DNA from: Azolla caroliniana
Lineage: Eukaryota > Plantae > Polypodiophyta
Direction of reading: 5' to 3'
DNA length: 64,000 nt
Assembly (NCBI GenBank): GCA_043228905.1
Contig: JBHGNT010000004.1
Span: 5,394,001 to 5,458,000, forward strand
Shown: in pieces, positions 57,919-64,000 of the stretch
Layout: each line of letters begins with the position of its first letter
How positions within the stretch are numbered: position 1 is the stretch's first letter
Made by a program: the position numbers and the translations under genes
The notes under the pieces: model-generated
What the model saw: only the letters and a program-made list of their open reading frames with translations
Database searches by the model: none
Told to the model about the DNA's origin: nothing

Positions 57919-60184
57919 TACCTTCTATTGTCATCTTATTTTTCTCTCTCCTATTCTCAAGTCACGACACTTTGTAGGTGCAAGTTTAAATAGCATGGCA
58001 AAGAGTGGGACAACAAATGAAGAAATAAACAATTATAAGAATTTATTAAAAGAACATCGAGAAAGTGAAGCGTTGGAAAGATCTAGTGTTATGCACCATC
58101 GTCAAAAAGCACTTCAATTACCTGAAAGGTACATGCTTGTTTGCCACACTTTCGAAGGTTGCCCAAGGATATTGGAGATGAATGCCTACTGCAGATGCAC
58201 TTAGTAGGTTTAGACAATAAAGCCTCAAGTGTTCTTAACTTAGTAGTTTTCATGACTTGGCAAGGTTTACTCCCGCCAGTACTATGCGTGCAACTAGACA
58301 ACACAGTAAGAGAAAACAAGAACTCGATTGTGTTTGGTTATTTAAGCATGTTAGTAGATAGGGGTATTTTCAAAAAGATTAAGGTCAACTTCTTACTAGT
58401 TTGTCACACACATGATCACATAGATCAAATGTTTAGTAGGTTCTCCAAGAAATTAGCGAGATGTGATGCTTTCACACTTCCTATGTTGTCAAAGTTTATC
58501 ACTGACGCTTATACCCCAAAGCCAGATGTACAACATTTAGATGAAGTTTATGAATTTTAAACGCTTCTGTGTGGATGGTGATGGGACTAGATGTAGGGTT
58601 CTTGCTAAGCTTAATAATATAAGTTTTAACCATGTCTTCCTCATCCAAAAAAAGTGTGGTCGATCACAACTAGATGATGTTGTATGCCAAACAATACTCA
58701 TCTAGTTCGCAATGGGAGCCACAAGACGGATGTAGGCTCTTATTGCATTTCCTAGATGCAGTAATCTATGGTGCAGAACAAATGCCCTATGACGACCACA
58801 AAAGATTGGCCACTAATAGTTCAATTGAAGAGCAAAAGATATATTGGATGCGGTGTCTTAAGGAAAAACACAAAAAAAATTGAGAGAACCAAAAAGTACG
58901 TAGGTGATCAAGATGTGGAATGGTGAGATAACTTCTTTAATCATCAACGTACGATATTAGATAACTACTTTGCAGGAGTATGGCCACTACAAAATCAATT
59001 CAAATGGAATATTGGTGGCCCATCAATGGCGAGCGCGACTCATTTACAACCACTAGATAATCTTGAATTGAATAATCTAGTTCGTCCACAACAAAGAGAT
59101 ATTTATGTGGAACCAAGATTATCGCATGTTGTTGAGGCGAGATGGCAAAGCAATCTACATGAGCTGCAAGTTGGTATGTTGGTTGCAACATTAGTTGGGG
59201 GTGATAAGTTGGGATGGATCCCTTTTGGATTGCTAAAATCATTGAAATTATTAAGGATGATGAAGGCAATCAAGTTCAATCCATTGTGGTTCATTGGTAT
59301 CGTACCTCTTCCAAAGATGCATTTACTGGGAAGTACTCTTTAGAGATGGTTATGGATGTCAGAGACACAAGCAGAAAGCAGAGAAGAAAGAATCTACCCA
59401 GTGCGTCTACTCTAACACTTGATAATGTCGACATACTCATGTATGACTTCTCCTTGACCAAAACATGCCATCTGCAATAGACTACAATCAAGATAATAAA
59501 AGAGAAGGTCCCATATGTGCCTGTTGATGCATTACAGATACGAACAAGGAGTATGTCTCATAATCACGATGACGTTGGATTGCAATTGGATGAAGGCAAT
59601 GCATTGGTTGCTAGTGATGATGAGGATGAGACCTCACAAAGCTCTTTTAGTTCATCGGGTGGGTCTGAAGGGGAAGGCGTATCTCTGGGAAAGTGATGGA
59701 TCTCATATATGAAATGTAAATATTGTATGTTACATCAATATGGTGATTCACAAATATGTATAAATATAGGTGTTAGTTATTTTGTAATTTTTTGTACGTT
59801 CTCTTGTAAATTTCATGTGTCGATTATTTAGGCATTTTTTGAAAGCCCTAAATTTTTGGACATGGCATAAATCAATATATTTTGATTCAATTTCCAAAAA
59901 CCTTTACGCATGCGATGGTCCTTTTTGTGAAATGACCTACTTTGTGTCTTTTTTGGATAGACTGTTCTTAAATTGCGACATATTACCTGTTTCAAATGAC
60001 CCAATGTTAAAGGGAATTTCTTTCTTAATCTAATGACTTTGGACTTAATATTGTAGAATCCATTTGTAATGCCATGGTCTTTAGGCTAATTATGTTTTTT
60101 AAATCTTAATCTCACACATAATTCATTGTTCGACTCATTGCTACCTTCGACCTTTTGGTTGTTGGAGAGCCTTAACACTTCTTT

Positions 60185-60430
60185 AAACTCACTCATGCGG
60201 TAGCATTATGGAATCATGACGCAAACATGAAGATATGCAAGGTATGTGATGAAAACCTTATCGATGATGAACATCACTTACTTATCGCATGCTCATCATA
60301 TAAGGTAAACTTGCAAGAAATATGATGAGTTCTTAGATGGACATGGTAATGTGAGAATTATGCTCAAATTTCCACCAAGAAGAATATGCACATTTGTGCG
60401 CGCATTATTTTCACATTGAGAGGTTTTGCT
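60185..60430 (+). mobile_element. Probable LINE 3'-end remnant
   Basis: Encodes ICKVCDENLIDDEHHLLIAC, matching the CxxC...ExxxHxxxxC C-terminal knuckle of non-LTR ORF2. Confidence 0.55.
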
Positions 60431-60768
60431 ACAGAGTAATAACCCTCCCCTCCCCCCCAATCCATACAAAAGAGACACATACATGATGGTATGTTGATTT
60501 GGTCTCGTAGATCAAAATGGGCCTCATCATGGATTGATAACAAATCTATTTCTATTCTCAACCCACACAAACACAACACAATATATGGTGCAGAACTTAC
60601 TATAGAGTAGTAACACTCCACTCCCCCCCGAATCCGTAGGAAAGAGACACATACAAGATGATATGTTGATTTGGATGATACAGATCTATTTCTATTTTCA
60701 ACCCACGCAACACAACACAACACAACAGAAAGCACAATGCTTCTGCACCATGCGACACCAACTGACAG

Positions 60769-60949
60769 TTGGTCATGGACAGTCTTACGTGGTGGATTGT
60801 CATAAAATGTTTGGTCGCGAATTCAAGGCACTTAGCAATTTGTTCGAGGCTTTATTTGGTTGATCATGAACAGTCTTATGTGGTGGATTGTCATAAAATG
60901 TTTGGTCGCGAATTCAAGGCACTTAGCAATTTGTTCGAGGCTTTATTTG
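60769..60949. repeat. 91-bp tandem duplication
   Basis: TTGGTCATGGACAGTCTTACGTGG...GGCTTTATTTG at 60769 and 60860. Confidence 0.9.
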
Positions 60950-61120
60950 ATGTCTCCTATGTATTTATTATGCTCTCTTGGTCCTTCTTTCATTGGTCGT
61001 TGGGGACATTTTGGGTCTCATTTGAAGGCTCAAAATCAACAAGGAAATCAATCAATCGCCCATTCATATTCATTCACACCACAAAAGAACAAAGAAGACC
61101 AAGCAGAAGAGGAAAAGCGA

Positions 61121-61403
61121 ATGGCGTCGCTCTTGATGCAGGTATTGAGTTCGAAACCCTAATTTCTGTCCTTTTTTCATTGTCGGGTAGTGAAAGGTAA
61201 CCCTAAATTCTAGTGCGGCGAGGTGTGAAGTTGCTGACTGCGAAACCCTCACTCACACACAGGAGCGTCTGCTGGGATTTTCTCTTGGGGCCGCCTTAGG
61301 GCTCGGCGTGGCTGCCCATCACTACAGATATTATTGGAAATCAACGGCTGAACTCGGCCGCACCGTCTCTCGCGGCACAGTCCCTGCTTACACCCCTGTC
61401 GAG
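61121..61403 (+). CDS. Host gene 5' end (exons 61121-61141 and 61263-61403), small single-pass membrane protein; 3' exons not identified
   Basis: Spliced MASLLMQ|ERLLGFSLGAALGLGVAAHHYRYYWKST...PVE; GT-AG intron in phase 0; strong donor GAG|GTAAGT; telo-box AAACCCTAA in intron 1; resembles small plant proteins starting ...QERLLG. Confidence 0.7.
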
Positions 61404-61494
61404 GTAAGTCTCCAATCCATGACCTTTTTCTTCATTTTTCTGAATGTTCCTTTTTCATTACCTACGTTTTTCATGTGATACATACAAAACTAGA

Positions 61495-61730
61495 CACATA
61501 CACATTACATACATATATACATACATACATACATACATACATACATACATAAACAGGCACAAGCATGCATACACACATACATCCATACATTTCCAAGGAA
61601 AATCACATGTACATACATACATACATACACACATACACACATAAACAGGCACAAGCATGCATACACACATACATTCATACATTTCCAAGGAAAATCACAT
61701 GTACATAAAATACATACATACACACATATC
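61495..61730. repeat. (TACA)n/CA-rich microsatellite region with a local duplication
   Basis: TACATACA runs; ATAAACAGGCACAAGCATGC...TTTCCAAGGAAAATCACATGTACAT occurs twice. Confidence 0.85.
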
Positions 61731-63595
61731 TCTCCAAGGAAATCAAGTTCTTCATTCTGGAGGGCTCAGAGAGAGAGAGAGAGAGAATCTGAATGAACTT
61801 AAGTTTTTTCTATGTGTGTTGTTGTGTGGTAGGTTCCAGAGCCTTTGTTTAATAGGTCTTCCCGGGAGGAACTCGTACATCTTTGGAATCGAACCATTGA
61901 CAATACGCTAGGTGCAGTTGTTGCTGCTCTTAGCTCAAGGGGCTGGTAAGAAACCCACTCTTGGTTTTGGTTTAAAACTCCTTCATGGAATCTTTCATGT
62001 AATGGTTCATAGAGCCGTAATTTTATTCTATATACAAACAATGTCAAGTCAATTCTTTGAAGCCCTTTGTTTCTGTTTAAGTTGAACTGAAACTAATAGA
62101 TATGTATTTCTTTCCATAATGCAAAGCACAATATCACACAATCTGAAGAAGAGAAGATAAACCATTAGGTATATTGTTATGTGTTTTGTGGCTTGCTGCA
62201 TAATTGAGTTTTGAAACTTTTCAAACGTACTTCATAATATTTTGACAATAATCTATTAGGAATCAATGTTGGTATGTAATATTGCAAAGGTATTGATGTT
62301 TAATATTTCTATTTATGCTACATACATCCATTATTAATTATGAGATCAAACAATAACATGATCAATCAAATTATAAGGTTTCTAATCTCGATCAATTTTG
62401 ATAGGCCAATGATATGACACTATGAGGTTTGAATAACTACAAAACTCATTAGTATGATTGTTCATATAGATGATGTGTATGTTGTCATCAATTTGTTGTC
62501 AAAGGTTTAGTTTATAAGAAAGTTTACCTTTCTTGGGCAATTTCAACCACATATTATGGTTAAAGTTATGTAGGGCTAAAACCAAGTTATCATCATAGTC
62601 ATTACATTTTGTTTTTATAGCTTTCACCATTTCTTTCCATTTGTCATTGCATCTAAAGAATCTTCAAGTTGCTTTGAAAGCAATTGCATTGTTTCACTGA
62701 TGATAATGTCCTTATTTGTGACCATCATGTATGCATGAAGTCTCCATCTTCAATTTCTATCAAAGTAATTGCATGATTTCATTAAGGATATTTTTATCTT
62801 AGTGACCACGTTTGCATAATTTTACTCTCTTGGACTTGAACACTAAAAGCTTGATTTTGTAGTTATAACATGCACAAACGGAATGGTGAGGTGAGTGGTG
62901 CAAATATGTTACAGAAAGGTGGAATACTTTGACACTATAGTATTTGTATCCTATTATAGAGTTTTGGTGTCTCAAAAGGAAACATATCCTAGTTAAATTG
63001 AAACAAGGGGTAGAACAATAGTCCAAAAGACTTCATGAGCTCTATAGGTCACAGTGACCAAGCCTAGGCGATTGTTTACCAAAAACATAGGTCTTCGTAA
63101 CGTCATAAGACCATGGGCCAGTTACAGACAAAAAAGCTTTTTGTGCTACTCATGTGATCCAAGTGAATAAAGTGAGCATAAACAAGAAACAAACATGAGA
63201 AAATATATTTCTACAGTGATTTATAAGAAATTGTTCAAGAAATTTTTACGTGTGAATTACGTGAATGAGAATGCTATGATCAGCAAATTACAATACGATG
63301 CTTGTTTATAAGCCTTTACCTGTCATAGTCACGATTTTGAAATTTAAAATTGAGTTTGGATAGTACTAACTAGATAGGATGTGCAATTTTGTGTCATAAT
63401 CATGAGATTGAGGAGCCGTAACCTCACATATCATAATGTGAAGCAAACACAAATTCCTTTGCTTCCTTGATTCATGTACTCCGTGCTCTAACCTCACAAG
63501 GAGTCATTTTAGGAAAATGTATGAGTAGGTGCTTTACACCTTAGTACTAACAAAGAAAATTGTCTTGTAAAGGTCTTTGAGTGGTAAGTCATCTC

Positions 63596-63758
63596 TCTCT
63601 CGTAATTAGTTTACCCTAGTGGTAAGTTGTTTACGCTACTAGCACTACATCTTAGGTTTGAAACCCAATTTTCTCACCTCTTACTTATTATACATATCTC
63701 CTAATTTACTAGATGCCATTGTGGAATGCAAGGGTTGAACCCAAGACCACATGGTCTC

Positions 63759-63793
<35 letters not shown>

Positions 63794-63882
63794 TCTCTCT
63801 CCCTCTTTTCTCGTAATTAGCTTACCCTAGTGGTAAGTTGTTAACACTACAAGTATTGCGTCTTGGGTTTGAAACCCAATTC
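63596..63882 (+). repeat. Two copies of a short tRNA/SINE-like repeat flanked by (CT)n
   Basis: CGTAATTAG(T/C)TTACCCTAGTGGTAAGTTG...GGTTTGAAACCCAA at ~63600 and ~63812; degenerate A- and B-box-like motifs. Confidence 0.45.
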
Positions 63883-64000
63883 TCTCTCTCTCTCTTTCTC
63901 TCAATGTGGTACTCGTTGCTTATAGGTGGGACAGAGAGCATATTATGCATTTGAGAACACATGCAATCTCTCTCTCAATTTGCTACTTGTTGCTTATAGG

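Larger units (their letters stand above)
52235..57969 (+). mobile_element. Chromovirus (Tcn1-like Ty3/gypsy) G5 (TSD CTTTG)
   Basis: LTRs 52235-52683 and 57523-57969; CTTTG at 52230-52234 and 57970-57974; PPT AAAAAGGGGGGATAA 57508-57522; chromodomain present. Confidence 0.95.
51700..59700 (+). pseudogene. Degenerate DUF7869/Sola-like DDD transposase, split by G5
   Basis: MPTTRRLHL..VYQAY..FNRLW..FNNVVIP at 51876-52080 continues after G5. Core VQLDNTVRENKN...FLLVCHTHDHIDQMFS at 58290-58440 resembles the LDNCxRENKN/GHTHEDIDQ family. Ends uncertain; no TIRs found. Confidence 0.65.

Noticed and set aside
62000-63500. Possible further exons of the host gene
   Set aside because: AT-rich with no convincing exon; treated as intron or intergenic.

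Overview
Eukaryotic (plant-type) heterochromatin-like DNA. About 58 kb is a stack of nested LTR retrotransposons and the rest is AT-rich DNA carrying the 5' end of a host gene. The lineage mix (Tcn1-like chromovirus, fungal-like non-chromoviral gypsy, several copia families) suggests a seed-free plant such as a fern, lycophyte or bryophyte; this is inference. Nesting was resolved from LTR pairs and target-site duplications (TSDs). An intact gypsy G1 (118-7363, identical LTRs) sits in copia C1, which sits in copia C2. Copia C3 (10327-16055) and the near-intact copia C4 (16499-21834) follow. Copia C5 (22510-51570) contains a non-autonomous gypsy G2 (itself holding gypsy G3 and a solo LTR), a copia solo LTR and gypsy G4. 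Chromovirus G5 (52235-57969) interrupts a degenerate DUF7869/Sola-like transposase. Three observations stand out. (1) All four insertions of the tRNA-Trp-primed gypsy clan made 4-bp TSDs centred on CpG (CCGG, ACGT, ACGG, CCGG), and the clan uses a conserved -1 frameshift after the protease. (2) G4 has no polypurine tract; a hairpin ending in a tRNA-Arg-like ...CGTGCCA (an inverted second PBS) takes its place, directly after an extra ~950-codon coiled-coil ORF. (3) The G5 LTR carries heat-shock-element arrays and an antisense tRNA-like A/B-box module. No database searches were possible, so family names come from motif recognition and novelty is unverified.
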